The notes under the pieces: model-generated
What the model was told of the DNA's origin: nothing
Database searches by the model: none
The model's input: only the letters and a program-made list of their open reading frames with translations
Shown: piece after piece, positions 9,480-19,458 of the stretch
Position numbering within the stretch: position 1 is the stretch's first letter
Layout of the letters: each line of letters starts with the position of its first letter
Assembly (NCBI GenBank): GCA_963775425.1
Contig: CAVZJB010000011.1
Location: forward strand, 704,001-768,000
Source: an uncultured delta proteobacterium
GTDB taxonomy: Bacteria; Myxococcota; UBA727; VGSZ01
Direction: 5' to 3'
Length of the DNA stretch: 64,000 bases
Made by a program: the position numbers and the translations under genes

Positions 9480-10175
9480 TCAAATCGCGCGCGTCGCGAT
9501 CTGCGCGGCCGCTTTGCGTCCGGCGGCCGTCAGCTTGTAGCGCTTGCTGCGCCCGTCGGGCGCGCTCTCCTCGATGAGCGTGCCCTCGTCGCGACACGTG
9601 CGCGCGACGTTGGTGGCGTAGACCTCCATGCCGGCCGCGAGGTGCAGGAGCGCGCTCGCGTCCACCGCGGTGAGGCCGAGCTCGCTGCCGGCGCGGTCGG
9701 CGGCGTCGAGCGCCCAGAGCACGCGTGCGAGCACGCGCTTGCCGCCGACGTCGGCGTCGTCGGACACGACGCCGAGCCCCTGCTCCTTGAGCTTCTCGAG
9801 CGTCGCCTTGGCGCGCGCGGAGTCGATGTCGACGCCCTTGCGGTCGACGCTGCCCTTGCGCTTGCCGCCGCCTGGCTTGCGGCCCGGCTTGCCGGCCTTG
9901 GGCGCGGCCTTCTGCGCCTTCTGCGGCGCGCGCGACGCCTTGGCCGCCGGCTTGTGCGGAGCGGTGCGCTTCGCCGTGGCCGGCGCCTTGGGGCGCGGCG
10001 CCGGGGCGATCCTGGCGGGCGCGGCGGCCGGCGGCTCCGGCGTCGGCGACCAGTCCGTCGTCCAGGGCTCCGGGCGGGGCGCGCGGCCGAGCGCCCGATC
10101 GAGGCGCTCGCGGGCCATGTCGACGGCGTCGAGGGTCCGAAAGAAGGCGTCGAGGAGACGATTCACGATCGGCAT
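9480..10175 (-). CDS. Hypothetical protein; Lys/Ala-rich linker and C-terminal winged-helix-like domain
   Basis: ..TNVARTC..LIEES..KRYKLTAAG resembles a wHTH wing. Confidence 0.65.
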   Translation of the reverse strand: MPIVNRLLDAFFRTLDAVDMARERLDRALGRAPRPEPWTTDWSPTPEPPAAAPARIAPAPRPKAPATAKRTAPHKPAAKASRAPQKAQKAAPKAGKPGRKPGGGKRKGSVDRKGVDIDSARAKATLEKLKEQGLGVVSDDADVGGKRVLARVLWALDAADRAGSELGLTAVDASALLHLAAGMEVYATNVARTCRDEGTLIEESAPDGRSKRYKLTAAGRKAAAQIATRAI

Positions 10176-10223
10176 GGCGCCCGATCTCACGACGCGCTGC
10201 GTCCATCAACGGGGATCCGGCGC

Positions 10224-10934
10224 TCAGACGCCGGTGCGCTCGCCCCAGAGCACCTTGTGCATCTGCACCTGAAAGCGCACCGGCAGCCGATCGCGGACGA
10301 TCCACTCCGCCAGCGCCGCCGGCGCCAACCCCGGCGTCACCGGTGAAAACAGCGCCGTCACCCCCGGGGGGACGCGCGGCAGGACCTCGCGGGCGAAGGC
10401 GTAGTCGGCGTCGCCGGCGATCACGAATTTCACCTCGTCGTGCCCGGGCGAAAGGAGCGGGAGGTTCTTCCACACGTTGCGCTCGTGCTCGCCCGACGAC
10501 GGTGTCTTCACGTCGACGATCAGCCGGGCGCGACGGTCCACGCCGTCGACGCTCACGCCTCCCGACGTCTCGACGAGCACCTCGTGTCCGGCGTCGAGCA
10601 GCCCCCCGATCACCGCGAGCGCGCCCGCCTGCAGGAGCGGCTCGCCCCCGGTGACCTCGACGAGCGGGATGCCGAGCGCGCGCACCTCGGCGACGACGTC
10701 GTCGACGGCGCGCTCCCGCCCCGCGTGGAAGGCGTGCTCGGTGTCGCACCAGGTGCAGCGCAGGTGGCAGCCCGTGGTGCGCACGAAGGCGCAGGGGCGC
10801 CCCGCGTGCGTGCTCTCGCCCTGGACGGACGCATAGATCTCGTGGAGGACGACGACGTCGTCGCGCGCGCGGGTCTTGCCGATCTCCACGAGGCGCTCGG
10901 CAGCCGATTCGCCGAGCGCCTTGTTGCTCAACAT
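10224..10934 (-). CDS. queE: 7-carboxy-7-deazaguanine synthase (radical SAM)
   Basis: EIYASVQGE, CHLRCTWCDT, TGGEPLLQ, ETSG, DVKTPSSG, QMHKVLW. Confidence 0.92.
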   Translation of the reverse strand: MLSNKALGESAAERLVEIGKTRARDDVVVLHEIYASVQGESTHAGRPCAFVRTTGCHLRCTWCDTEHAFHAGRERAVDDVVAEVRALGIPLVEVTGGEPLLQAGALAVIGGLLDAGHEVLVETSGGVSVDGVDRRARLIVDVKTPSSGEHERNVWKNLPLLSPGHDEVKFVIAGDADYAFAREVLPRVPPGVTALFSPVTPGLAPAALAEWIVRDRLPVRFQVQMHKVLWGERTGV

Positions 10935-11023
10935 GCGCCCGTTGTATGCCGTCGCGTCGACGCGGTCGATCCCACAACACGCAGGTGGAGACGAGCCGAA
11001 ACGCGAATGCTAGAAGCACGGAC

Positions 11024-11362
11024 ATGAGCGACCGAATTCGAAGCTACGGCGAGTTCTGGCCCTTCTATCTCGGGGAGCACAGCAGCCCCGTCTGCCGCGT
11101 GCTGCACTTCATCGGCACCACCGGCCACTTCGCGATGGTCGGCGTCGCCGTCGCCACGATGAACCCGTGGTACGTCCTCGCGAGCGCCGTGTTCGCCTAC
11201 GGCTTCGCGTGGTTCGGCCACTTCTTCATCGAGAAGAACCGCCCGGCCACGTTCAAGTATCCGTTGTGGTCGCTCATTTCGGATTACCGCATGTGGGGCC
11301 ACATGGTGAGCGGCAAGCTGTGGAGCGGCACCAACCCCGCCGAGCAGGTCTCCGCCGGATGA
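11024..11362 (+). CDS. DUF962 / Mpo1-like membrane protein
   Basis: FWPFYLGEH..RVLHFIG..AWFGHFFIEKNRPATF.YP. Confidence 0.9.
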   Translation: MSDRIRSYGEFWPFYLGEHSSPVCRVLHFIGTTGHFAMVGVAVATMNPWYVLASAVFAYGFAWFGHFFIEKNRPATFKYPLWSLISDYRMWGHMVSGKLWSGTNPAEQVSAG

Positions 11363-11991
11363 GGCCGCGCTTCGTCCTGTACGGCCACTTCGAGTCGGGC
11401 AACGTCTACAAGGTCGCGCTGATGCTCTCGCTGTCGGGCGGGAGCTACGAGTACGTCCACGTGCCCATGTTCGACGGGGGCACGCGCACCCCCGAATTCC
11501 TCGCGAAGAACCGCTTCGGCGAGGTGCCCGTCCTCGTCGACACCGCCCGCGACGACCTGACCATCGCGCAGTCGGGCGCCATCCTGTGGCACCTCGCGCG
11601 CGAGCTGTCGCGCTTCGGTCCGCAGGGCGGTGACGACGAGCTGCGCATCCTCGAGTGGCTCCTCTGGGAAAACCACCGGCTCCTCCCCGGCGTCGCCCGC
11701 CTGCGCAGCCTCAAGCGCTTCTCGAGGACGCCACCGGCGCCGGCGCTGCTCACGGCGGTGGAGGGCTGGGCGGTCGCCGCGCTCGACGTGCTCGAGCGTG
11801 AGCTCAGCGCGCGTGACTTTCTCGTCGGCGCCGGCCCCACCATCGCGGACATCCAGATCTGCGGATACATGTTCTTCCTCGACGAGGCCGGCCTCGAGGA
11901 AGGGCGCTGGCCCCACGTGGTGGCCTGGCGCGATCGCATCGCCGCGCTGCCCGGCTTCGCGCCCCCGCGCGAGCTCCTCCCGCGCGAGTGA
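11359..11991 (+). CDS. Glutathione S-transferase
   Basis: SGNVYKV, NRFGEVPVL, QSGAIL, PTIADI; ATGA overlap with the previous gene. Confidence 0.9.
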   Translation: MRPRFVLYGHFESGNVYKVALMLSLSGGSYEYVHVPMFDGGTRTPEFLAKNRFGEVPVLVDTARDDLTIAQSGAILWHLARELSRFGPQGGDDELRILEWLLWENHRLLPGVARLRSLKRFSRTPPAPALLTAVEGWAVAALDVLERELSARDFLVGAGPTIADIQICGYMFFLDEAGLEEGRWPHVVAWRDRIAALPGFAPPRELLPRE

Positions 11992-12061
11992 CGCGGGGGC
12001 GCAATGCCACGACGTGCCTTCCGGCATCGACGAACCGGCCTCCTTCGGGCATACGCACCTC

Positions 12062-12469
12062 GTGGCCAACCGAGAAATTCCTGTCGAGCTGAAGTTCGAA
12101 AACTACGGCACCTCGGAGGGGACCGTCGTCGTCCACGATCGCAACCCGGCGTCGCGCCTCAGCCGAGGCCTGATCGCGCTGGCGATCTGCTGGGGCATCG
12201 GCGCCATCTGCATCTTCATCCCGCTGTTTCACTTCGTGGCCGTGCCCACCATGGTGATCACCGGCATCGTGCTGTTCGCGCTGCGGCTGCGTGAGGGCGT
12301 CTCCATCGTCGAGGTGCGCGGCTATTGCCCCTCGTGCAAGGAGGAGAAGATCTTCCCAGCCGGCGGGCGCTTCCACGACCACCGCACCGTTCGCTGCAAC
12401 CAGTGCGCGGAGAAGATGGAGCTGATCGAGCATCAGCCCGAAGCCGTGCCGGAGAAGGTCGCGGCCTGA
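12062..12469 (+). CDS. Two-TM protein with C-terminal zinc ribbon
   Basis: CIFIPLFHF TM hairpin; CPSC..CNQC. Confidence 0.7.
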   Translation: MANREIPVELKFENYGTSEGTVVVHDRNPASRLSRGLIALAICWGIGAICIFIPLFHFVAVPTMVITGIVLFALRLREGVSIVEVRGYCPSCKEEKIFPAGGRFHDHRTVRCNQCAEKMELIEHQPEAVPEKVAA

Positions 12470-12496
12470 GCGACCGCGACGGCGGTCGTCACCCGC

Positions 12497-13126
12497 TCAG
12501 CTCCTGAGGACGCCGAGCAGGAACATGCCCGCGAGGAAGACGGCGACCGCCGCGACCACGATGAGCGCGCGGGGATTCACACCGCGTGGCCTCCACGTCG
12601 CCGCCGGAGCGTTGCCGTCGACGCCGAAGGACGCGCACAGGCGAAACAGGGGCGCCGTCGACGACGGGTGCAACAGGTCGAGCACGCCGGCGGCGTCGCC
12701 GGCGTCGCGGGCGGCGTCGTAGCGCGCGAGGTCGTCGGCCGAGATCTCGTCGCGCAGCAGGGCCGGCCACGCCCCGCGGGGCTCGTCGAAGAAGAACGCG
12801 TTCTCCCACGGCTGCGCGGTCCCCTCCACGGTGCGCCAGCCGCCCTGGTCGCGCGCGTACGCGAGCCGGCGCACCAGCTTCTCGCCTTCGTACGCGTCGA
12901 GCGCGTAGGTGTCCGCGTTGGTCTGTGCGAGGAAGCCGACGCACGCGCCGCCCGTCTCCCGCGCGAGCGAGGCGGCGAGCGCGGGGACGCCGTCACCGGC
13001 GCCGGTCTCGACGAGCACGAAGGGCGGCGTGTCGGTGCGCGCGGTGTGTACGCCGAGCCGGCGGGCGGCGTCCCAGAACGCGGCGCTGCCGTGCGTCTCG
13101 GCGATGACGCCGGCCCAGGTGCTCAC
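12497..13126 (-). CDS. Hypothetical protein with C-terminal TM helix
   Basis: GTG start inferred; GC-biased codons; terminal hydrophobic helix. Confidence 0.6.
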   Translation of the reverse strand: MSTWAGVIAETHGSAAFWDAARRLGVHTARTDTPPFVLVETGAGDGVPALAASLARETGGACVGFLAQTNADTYALDAYEGEKLVRRLAYARDQGGWRTVEGTAQPWENAFFFDEPRGAWPALLRDEISADDLARYDAARDAGDAAGVLDLLHPSSTAPLFRLCASFGVDGNAPAATWRPRGVNPRALIVVAAVAVFLAGMFLLGVLRS

Positions 13127-13408
13127 GCGTCCGCCGTGCGGTGGCGGCGGGCGCAGGGGCAGGCGGCGTTTGGACAGCGCATCGCCCACGACCCTCCGCC
13201 GTTCGATCGCCGCGGACAACCTCCCGTGCGTGATCAGGGTCGCTTCGACGCCGCGCCCTCCCCAAGAACGACCGGTGCGCGCGAAGACGAACGCGCGCGT
13301 GACGACGTCGATCGCACGGCTGCGCCCGAGGGTTTCGATTGCGCGGGCACACGCGCGGAAGCAGCGTACGCGCGCCGGCACTCTCGCCGGCCCAACAGGG
13401 GGAACACC

Positions 13409-13702
13409 ATGCGCGTGATGATGCGAGTGAAGATGCAGATCGACGCCGGCAACAAGGCGATCAAGGACGGCAGCATGCAGAGGTCGATCGGGGCTTTCCT
13501 GGAGCAGGCGAAGCCCGAGGCGACGTACTTCACGCTCGAGGGGGGGCGCCGGACCGCCTACTACGTCTTCGACATGAAGGACGCCTCGATGATGCCGCAG
13601 CTCGCGGAGCCGTTCTTCAGCATGCTCAACGCGGAGATCGATGTCTCCCCCGTGATGAACATGAACGAGCTGAAGGCCGGGCTCGAGAAGCTGCCGCGTT
13701 GA
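13409..13702 (+). CDS. Small DUF3303/GYD-like dimeric alpha-beta barrel protein
   Basis: KPEATYF..GRRTAYYVFD..P.LAEPFF..LNAEI..PVM; purine-rich RBS. Confidence 0.75.
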   Translation: MRVMMRVKMQIDAGNKAIKDGSMQRSIGAFLEQAKPEATYFTLEGGRRTAYYVFDMKDASMMPQLAEPFFSMLNAEIDVSPVMNMNELKAGLEKLPR

Positions 13703-13744
13703 TCGAAGCAGCTCGCGCGCGGGCCTGCCCGCGCGCGAGCGACG

Positions 13745-14362
13745 TCAGGGCGCCACGGCGAACGTGGCCGTCTCCACCTCGGCGCCCGCCTCGGTGAGGA
13801 CGCGGGCGGCCTCGGCGAGCGTGGCGCCGGTGGTGCGCACGTCGTCGACGAGCAGCAGGCGCTTGCCGGCGAAGCTCCGGCGCGCGCGAAAGCGTCCGGC
13901 GACCGCGGTGGCGCGCGCGGCCTTGTCCGCGCCGAAGGAGAGCGGCTCGTCGTTGCGCGCGCACACGAGCGCGTCGACGACGGGTGCGCCCGCGGCGCGG
14001 GAAAGCGCCTGGGCGAGCACGGCGGGGAGATCGAAGCCGCGCGCGACGCGGCGCCGGTAGGGCGCCGGGACGAACGCGATCGCGCCGACGCTCGGGAGCG
14101 CGGGGCACGCGCCGGCCGCCAGGCGCGCCGTCCAGAAGCGCGCGAGGGCTTCGGCGACGCCGGCGTCCGGACGGAACTTCGCGGCGCGCACCGCGTCGGC
14201 GACGGCGCCGCCGAACATCGCGCACGCGATGGACGTCGTCGGCGGAGGCTCGACGCTCTCGAGGCATCGCGCGCACAGGATGCTCGAGGTGGGGCCGTCG
14301 CAGGCCGCGCACGCGGGCGGCACGAGGGCGTCGACGAGATCGCGCGCGAGCGACGGCTTCAC
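13745..14362 (-). CDS. comF: ComF family (zinc ribbon + phosphoribosyltransferase)
   Basis: CAAC..CARC, RGFD, LLVDDVRTTGATL. Confidence 0.88.
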   Translation of the reverse strand: MKPSLARDLVDALVPPACAACDGPTSSILCARCLESVEPPPTTSIACAMFGGAVADAVRAAKFRPDAGVAEALARFWTARLAAGACPALPSVGAIAFVPAPYRRRVARGFDLPAVLAQALSRAAGAPVVDALVCARNDEPLSFGADKAARATAVAGRFRARRSFAGKRLLLVDDVRTTGATLAEAARVLTEAGAEVETATFAVAP

Positions 14363-14440
14363 GGCCGCAGCGTAGGACAGCCGCGCGCGACCAGGCGAGG
14401 ATCCTCGCCGCCGCCCCGTTGGGCGCCGGCGGCGCGCGCA

Positions 14441-14998
14441 TCAGCCGCCGAGCATGTGCTTCTTCAGGTCGCCCTGCACCGGCTTGGCGCCGAGCCAGAC
14501 CTTCATCAACGCGCGGTTGAATTCGTCTCCTTCGATGGTGCCGATGGCCTTTCCGTTCAGCCCGACGGCGGTGCTCCCGCCGACGAAGTCGATGGTGATG
14601 ACGTCGCCCTTCTTCGTCTCACCGATGCGGTTCATGATGTCGTTCAGTTGAGCGCGCTGGTCCTTGACCGCCGCCAGCTCGGCGGGGGCGTTGTTGGCCT
14701 CGATCCCCTTGTTGAGCGCGTCGATGAGGGTCTGCGCGCTGAGCGTGCGAACCATGTTCATCTGCACGCGTCGGGGCGCCTTGGCGAGCACGCCTTCGAT
14801 GGTGTTGGTCTTCTCCGGGACGTAGAGGCTCGCGACGTAGACCTTGGCGATGAACATCGAGCGCGTGCCCGCGCCGTTCAACACGAGGCTGTGGCCACCG
14901 ACCGTGGCCGTGTCTTCGACGTTCACGCCGCTCACGTTGCGGGCGAGCGCGGGGACGGAGAGCAAAGCGAGCGCCAGAATTGCGGATGTGCGGAACAT
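14441..14998 (-). CDS. Secreted chalcone-isomerase-like (lipid-binding) protein
   Basis: Signal peptide; LVLNGAGTR..KVYVASLY..VWLGAKPV..LK..MLG. Confidence 0.88.
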   Translation of the reverse strand: MFRTSAILALALLSVPALARNVSGVNVEDTATVGGHSLVLNGAGTRSMFIAKVYVASLYVPEKTNTIEGVLAKAPRRVQMNMVRTLSAQTLIDALNKGIEANNAPAELAAVKDQRAQLNDIMNRIGETKKGDVITIDFVGGSTAVGLNGKAIGTIEGDEFNRALMKVWLGAKPVQGDLKKHMLGG

Positions 14999-15149
14999 GG
15001 GGAGTCTCCTCGGGCGGAGCCGGCGGGAGCTGTTCCGCGTCGCTCCCCCCTCGACGTCGAGATAACGTCGCCGCCCCTGAGCGCCTTGTTCGAGCGCGCC
15101 GAGAGCGCGTCGGCCGGCGCCAAGCGCGGCCGCTCCCTCCGGTCGCTGA

Positions 15150-16547
15150 TCAGAAGCGGACGGTGGTGGCGAGCCAGACGTCGTGCGTGATGAGCTGGTC
15201 GGTGCGGGCGGAGCCGGCGCCGGTGAACGGCGGGTCCTGCATCTTGAGGGTGTACCGCAGCGACAGGATGCCGTTGTTGCGCCAGTAGAAGAAGTGCAGG
15301 GCGGCGCGGGCGTCGACCTCGTTGCGCTCGCGGCGCAGGTCGGTCTCGAGCTTGGCCGGCGGCGCGCTGACCTTGATGGCGTTGTTGGTGAGCTGCTGGA
15401 GCGCGCCGAAGTCGGTGGTGTCGAACTGGCCGAAGTCGGCCGCGAAGAAGAGCCAGTTGGGGATGAGCAGGACGCCGGCGAGGACGTCGTACGCGTTCTG
15501 CACCTGGCCGAAGTTGAGCTCGGCCTTGCTGTAATCCTCGACCATGAGCTCGAAGCGGCCCCAGCGAAGCACGGCCGCGACGTTGGCCGCGGGGAAGCGC
15601 TCCTGCGCGCGCTGCTCGTACTTCACGCCGGCGTTGATGCCGAGCGCGAGGGGGACGGGGCGGTTCAGGAAGGGGGAGTCGAAGCGGTCGTAGTAGCCGA
15701 TGGGCGAAGCCTGCAACTGCACGCCACCGGTGTACGTGAAGCTCCGGTTGTTGAACGTGATGCGCTGCCCACCGACGTTGCCGGTGCCCTGGCCGGAGCC
15801 GCCGCCCGCGAAGACGCGGTAGCGGAGCACGTGGGAGTACAGCGGCCCGTGGACCTCGACGGCCGCGCCGTTGCCCTGCTCGAACGCGTTGGTCATCCAG
15901 AACGCGGGCTCGAGGAGCGGCTGCTTGGCGGAGCTGATGATCAGGGCGTTGCTCAGCGAGCCGCCGCCGCTGTTGATGTTCACGTAGTGGCCGCCGCCGA
16001 GCGGCACCTGGAACATGGCGAAGCTGATGCGCGGCGACAGCTCCGTGCGCACGTTGATGAGGAAGAAGCTGTTGTCGAGGAGCGGCAACTGGCCGAACGC
16101 CCGCAACTGGAGCGTCTTCAACTGCGTGTCGGTCTTGCCGTCGTATTGCGCGTCGGAGCCGGTGTTGTCGTAGCTGAAGTCCTGCAGCAGCACGCCGACG
16201 AGCCCGAAGCGCACGCTCGAAAAGCCGATGTCGTCGCCGCTGTCGCCGTGCTCGGTGTCCGGCGGGATCAGGAGCGGCGCGAGCTTGGGCGCCGGCAACG
16301 CCCGCGGCGCCTCGGCCGTGCCCGCGTCGGGCGCGGTGCCCTCCGGCGGCGGCGCCGGCTGGTCGTCGGGCGGCGGCGCCGGCTGGTCGTCGAGCGGCGG
16401 CGCCGGCGACCCCACCGTCTCCGCCGGCGGCCGCTTGTCCGTGGGCGCGGCCGCGTCGGTGTCGGCGGCGTGGGCCGCCGCCGCGGCGAGCGCGATGGAG
16501 GCGACGACGACGAGCGAGCCGGACGGGGTGCGGGTGGAGTGACGCAT
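15150..16547 (-). CDS. Putative outer-membrane beta-barrel (porin-like), paralog B
   Basis: Signal peptide, Pro-rich linker, amphipathic strands, terminal WLATTVRF; highly similar to the neighbouring gene. Confidence 0.7.
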   Translation of the reverse strand: MRHSTRTPSGSLVVVASIALAAAAAHAADTDAAAPTDKRPPAETVGSPAPPLDDQPAPPPDDQPAPPPEGTAPDAGTAEAPRALPAPKLAPLLIPPDTEHGDSGDDIGFSSVRFGLVGVLLQDFSYDNTGSDAQYDGKTDTQLKTLQLRAFGQLPLLDNSFFLINVRTELSPRISFAMFQVPLGGGHYVNINSGGGSLSNALIISSAKQPLLEPAFWMTNAFEQGNGAAVEVHGPLYSHVLRYRVFAGGGSGQGTGNVGGQRITFNNRSFTYTGGVQLQASPIGYYDRFDSPFLNRPVPLALGINAGVKYEQRAQERFPAANVAAVLRWGRFELMVEDYSKAELNFGQVQNAYDVLAGVLLIPNWLFFAADFGQFDTTDFGALQQLTNNAIKVSAPPAKLETDLRRERNEVDARAALHFFYWRNNGILSLRYTLKMQDPPFTGAGSARTDQLITHDVWLATTVRF

Positions 16548-16549
16548 GG

Positions 16550-18211
16550 TCAGAACCGGAACTGGGCCGAGAGCCAGCCGGTGTGGGTGACGATGGGGTC
16601 CTTGCGGCCGGAGTCCGCGCCGGCGAGGGCCGGGTCGAGGAGCTGCAGCGTGTAGCGCGTGGAGAGCACGCCGTTGTTTCGCCAGAAGTAGAAGTGCAGC
16701 GCCGCCCGCAGATCGGTCTCGCCGCGCTCCGTCCTGAGCGCCGCGCCGAGCGACTTGGGCGGGTCCTGCACGGCGACGGCGCCGCCGGTGGCGTCGGAGA
16801 GCGCGCCGAAGCCGGACGTGTAGAACTGGCCGCCGTCGACGGCGAGGAACAGCCACTCGGGGATGATGAGCACGCCGAGCGTGACGTCGTACGCGTTCTG
16901 GATCGCGCCGAAGTTCAGCTCGGCCTTGGCGTAGTCCTCGGCCGAGATCTCGAAGCGCCCCCAGCGCAGCGCGAACAGGCCGTTCACCGCGGGGAAGCGC
17001 TCCTGCTCGCGCTGCTCGTACTTGGCGCCGCCGACGATGCCCACGGCGAGCGGCGACTCCTTGTAGAGGTACGGCGAGTCGAAGCGGTCGTACTTGCCGA
17101 CCGGCGACGCCTGGAGCTGCGCGCCGAGCGTGTACGTGTAGTTGAGATCGGTGAACTGGAAGTGGCGGTTGCCGACGTTGCCCGACGAGAACCCGGCGCC
17201 GCCGCCGGCGAAGGCGCGGTAGCGCAAGGCGCCCGGCAACAGCGGCCCCGACACCTCGACGGCCGCGCTGTTGCCCGGCTCGAAGGCCGACAGCATCCAG
17301 AACGCGGGCTCGAGCAGCGGCTGCTTGGCCGCCGAGATGATGAGCGCGTTGCTCAACGATCCCCCGCCGGTGTTGATGTTCAGGTAGTGCCCGCCGCCGA
17401 GCGGCACCTGGAACATCGCGTAGGTGAGGCGCGGCGAGACGTCGCCGCGGATGCTGACGAGGAAGTAGCTGTCCTCGAGGAGCGGCAACTGTCCGAACGC
17501 GCGCAACTGCAGGAGGTTCACGTGCGCGTCCATGGCGAGCGCGTATTTCTTGGGATCCTGGAGGTTGTCGTACGAGGAGTCCTGCACGACGCCGGCGACG
17601 ACGCCGAAGCGCACCCCGACGAAGCCGATGCCGTCGTTGCTGTCGGCGGCCTCGACGCCCGGCGCGAGCTGCATCGCGGTGGGCGCGTTGCCCCCCTCGG
17701 CGGCGGCGGCGCTGTCGCCGTTGCCGTCGACGGGGCCCTTCCACGAGCCGCGGCAGACGGCGAAGCGCTGGCAGCCGGAGTCGTCGCAGTCGGTGACGCC
17801 GTCCTTGTCGTTGTCGATCCAGTCCGAGCAGCGCTCCGGGGTGTCCTCGGCCTTGCCGTCGGCCTTGCAGACGGGATCTTCGTGGCAGTCGAAGTCGCCG
17901 CAGTCGGTGACGAGGTCGCCGTCGTTGTCGACGCCGTCGCTGCAGTTGGTCTCGTGCTTCTCCTTTGCCGGCGTCGCCTCCGCGGCGGGGGGCGGCGGCG
18001 GCGGGGGCGCGTCGCTCGTCGCCGGCGGCGCCGCCGCGCTCGCGTCGGGGGCGTCCGGCGCGTCGGTGGCAGCCGCGTCGGCCGCGCCGCTCGCGTCGTC
18101 CGCGGGTGGCGGCGGCGGCGGGACGCCGGCGCCTTGCGCCTGCGCGGCGGTGGCCAGGCACGCGGCGAAGGCCAGCGCGAGCGCGGGCAGGACGGGGGGG
18201 ACGCGGGTCAT
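16550..18211 (-). CDS. Putative outer-membrane beta-barrel with two N-terminal Cys/Asp repeats, paralog A
   Basis: Signal peptide (AQA); CSDGVDNDGD and CSDWIDNDKD repeats; terminal WLSAQFRF. Confidence 0.7.
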   Translation of the reverse strand: MTRVPPVLPALALAFAACLATAAQAQGAGVPPPPPPADDASGAADAAATDAPDAPDASAAAPPATSDAPPPPPPPAAEATPAKEKHETNCSDGVDNDGDLVTDCGDFDCHEDPVCKADGKAEDTPERCSDWIDNDKDGVTDCDDSGCQRFAVCRGSWKGPVDGNGDSAAAAEGGNAPTAMQLAPGVEAADSNDGIGFVGVRFGVVAGVVQDSSYDNLQDPKKYALAMDAHVNLLQLRAFGQLPLLEDSYFLVSIRGDVSPRLTYAMFQVPLGGGHYLNINTGGGSLSNALIISAAKQPLLEPAFWMLSAFEPGNSAAVEVSGPLLPGALRYRAFAGGGAGFSSGNVGNRHFQFTDLNYTYTLGAQLQASPVGKYDRFDSPYLYKESPLAVGIVGGAKYEQREQERFPAVNGLFALRWGRFEISAEDYAKAELNFGAIQNAYDVTLGVLIIPEWLFLAVDGGQFYTSGFGALSDATGGAVAVQDPPKSLGAALRTERGETDLRAALHFYFWRNNGVLSTRYTLQLLDPALAGADSGRKDPIVTHTGWLSAQFRF

Positions 18212-19458
18212 TGGAACGCTCCTTGGCAGGGCTTGGGCTTGTTCGCGCACGCCGTCACCGCGGGGTTCCACGCGCAGTCCCAGTCGTCGCAGTCGATGAA
18301 TCCGTCGCCGTCGTTGTCGATGCCGTCGTTGCAGTTTTGGGGGTCGACGCTCTCCTGGCACGCCACGGCAACGGCGGGATCGGAGCTGTTGCGGCAAGAG
18401 AAGTCCTCGCAGTCGGTGAACCCGTTGCCGTCGTTGTCGATGCCGTCCTTGCACTTGGCGAACGTGTTCTCGAGGATGGCCGCGCAGTGGGCCACGGCCT
18501 CCGGCGACGCGCCGCTCGTGTCCTTGGAGCAGGAGAAGTCGTCGCAGTCGATGAAGCCGTTGTCGTCGTTGTCGATGCCGTCGGTGCAGTCGGCGAGCGA
18601 GTGCTCCTGGGGCAGGTTGTTGCAGAAGTCCAGGATGGACTGGTCCGTGGACCGCGAGCAGGAGAAGTCGTCGCAGTCCGTGAAGCCGTTGTTGTCGTCG
18701 TCGATGCCGTTGCTGCACTTGTCGAGCGTGTCCTCCGCGTGCTGCTGGCAGAAGGCGATGGCGTCGGCGCTCGCGCCGCGCGAAGCGTCGGTGCAACTGA
18801 AGTCGTTGCAGTCGATGAAGTTGTCGCCGTCGTTGTCGCAGCCGTCGGTGCACGCCTGCAGCGACCCTTCGACCTGTTGCTGCACGCAGGGCTTCTTGCA
18901 GAAGTCGAAGTCCGCGCAGGTGGGGTCGTCGCAGTCCGTGAGGCCGTCGCCGTCGTTGTCCTTCTTGTCGCTGCAGGTCTTCTCGGTGCGCTCGTCGCAC
19001 ACGGTGACGAACAGCCCGTTGCTGCAGGCGAAGTCGTCGCAGTCGGCGAAGCCGTTGCCGTCGTTGTCGATGCCGTCGCTGCAGCTCACGTCGTCGAACT
19101 CCAGCGAGCAGCAGGTCTCGTGGATGTCCTGGCAGGAGGTCTCGTTGCAGTCGAACGAGCCGTCGCCGTCGTTGTCGATGCCGTCGATGCAGAGGTCGTA
19201 GGTGTTCTCCGACGGCACCTCGTCCACCAGCGGGGGCACCACCTGTCCGCACACGTTGGTGTTGATCCAGCAGTCCGGGTCTTCGCAGTCGATGGCGCCG
19301 TCGCCGTCGTCGTCGAGGCCGTTGTTGCAGGCGATGGGATCGCGCTCGTAGCCGAGCACGGGGTTGGTCACGACGTACTCGCACGCCGCGAGGGCGGCGA
19401 GCGCCACGACGGCGAGCGCCCCGCGGGCGACGCGGCCGTCGACGATGCTGCGGGTCAT
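18208..19458 (-). CDS. Lipoprotein built from 9 C-x-D-G-x-D-N-D-x-D-G-x-x-D-C-x-D-x-x-C repeats (putative Ca2+-binding)
   Basis: Lipobox LAAC; nine repeats counted in the translation. Confidence 0.8.
   Translation of the reverse strand: MTRSIVDGRVARGALAVVALAALAACEYVVTNPVLGYERDPIACNNGLDDDGDGAIDCEDPDCWINTNVCGQVVPPLVDEVPSENTYDLCIDGIDNDGDGSFDCNETSCQDIHETCCSLEFDDVSCSDGIDNDGNGFADCDDFACSNGLFVTVCDERTEKTCSDKKDNDGDGLTDCDDPTCADFDFCKKPCVQQQVEGSLQACTDGCDNDGDNFIDCNDFSCTDASRGASADAIAFCQQHAEDTLDKCSNGIDDDNNGFTDCDDFSCSRSTDQSILDFCNNLPQEHSLADCTDGIDNDDNGFIDCDDFSCSKDTSGASPEAVAHCAAILENTFAKCKDGIDNDGNGFTDCEDFSCRNSSDPAVAVACQESVDPQNCNDGIDNDGDGFIDCDDWDCAWNPAVTACANKPKPCQGAFQ

Noticed and set aside
10224-10934. queE as part of a 7-deazaguanine DNA-modification (dpd) island
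   Set aside because: No dpdA/tgt, queC, queD or folE nearby; consistent with ordinary queuosine synthesis
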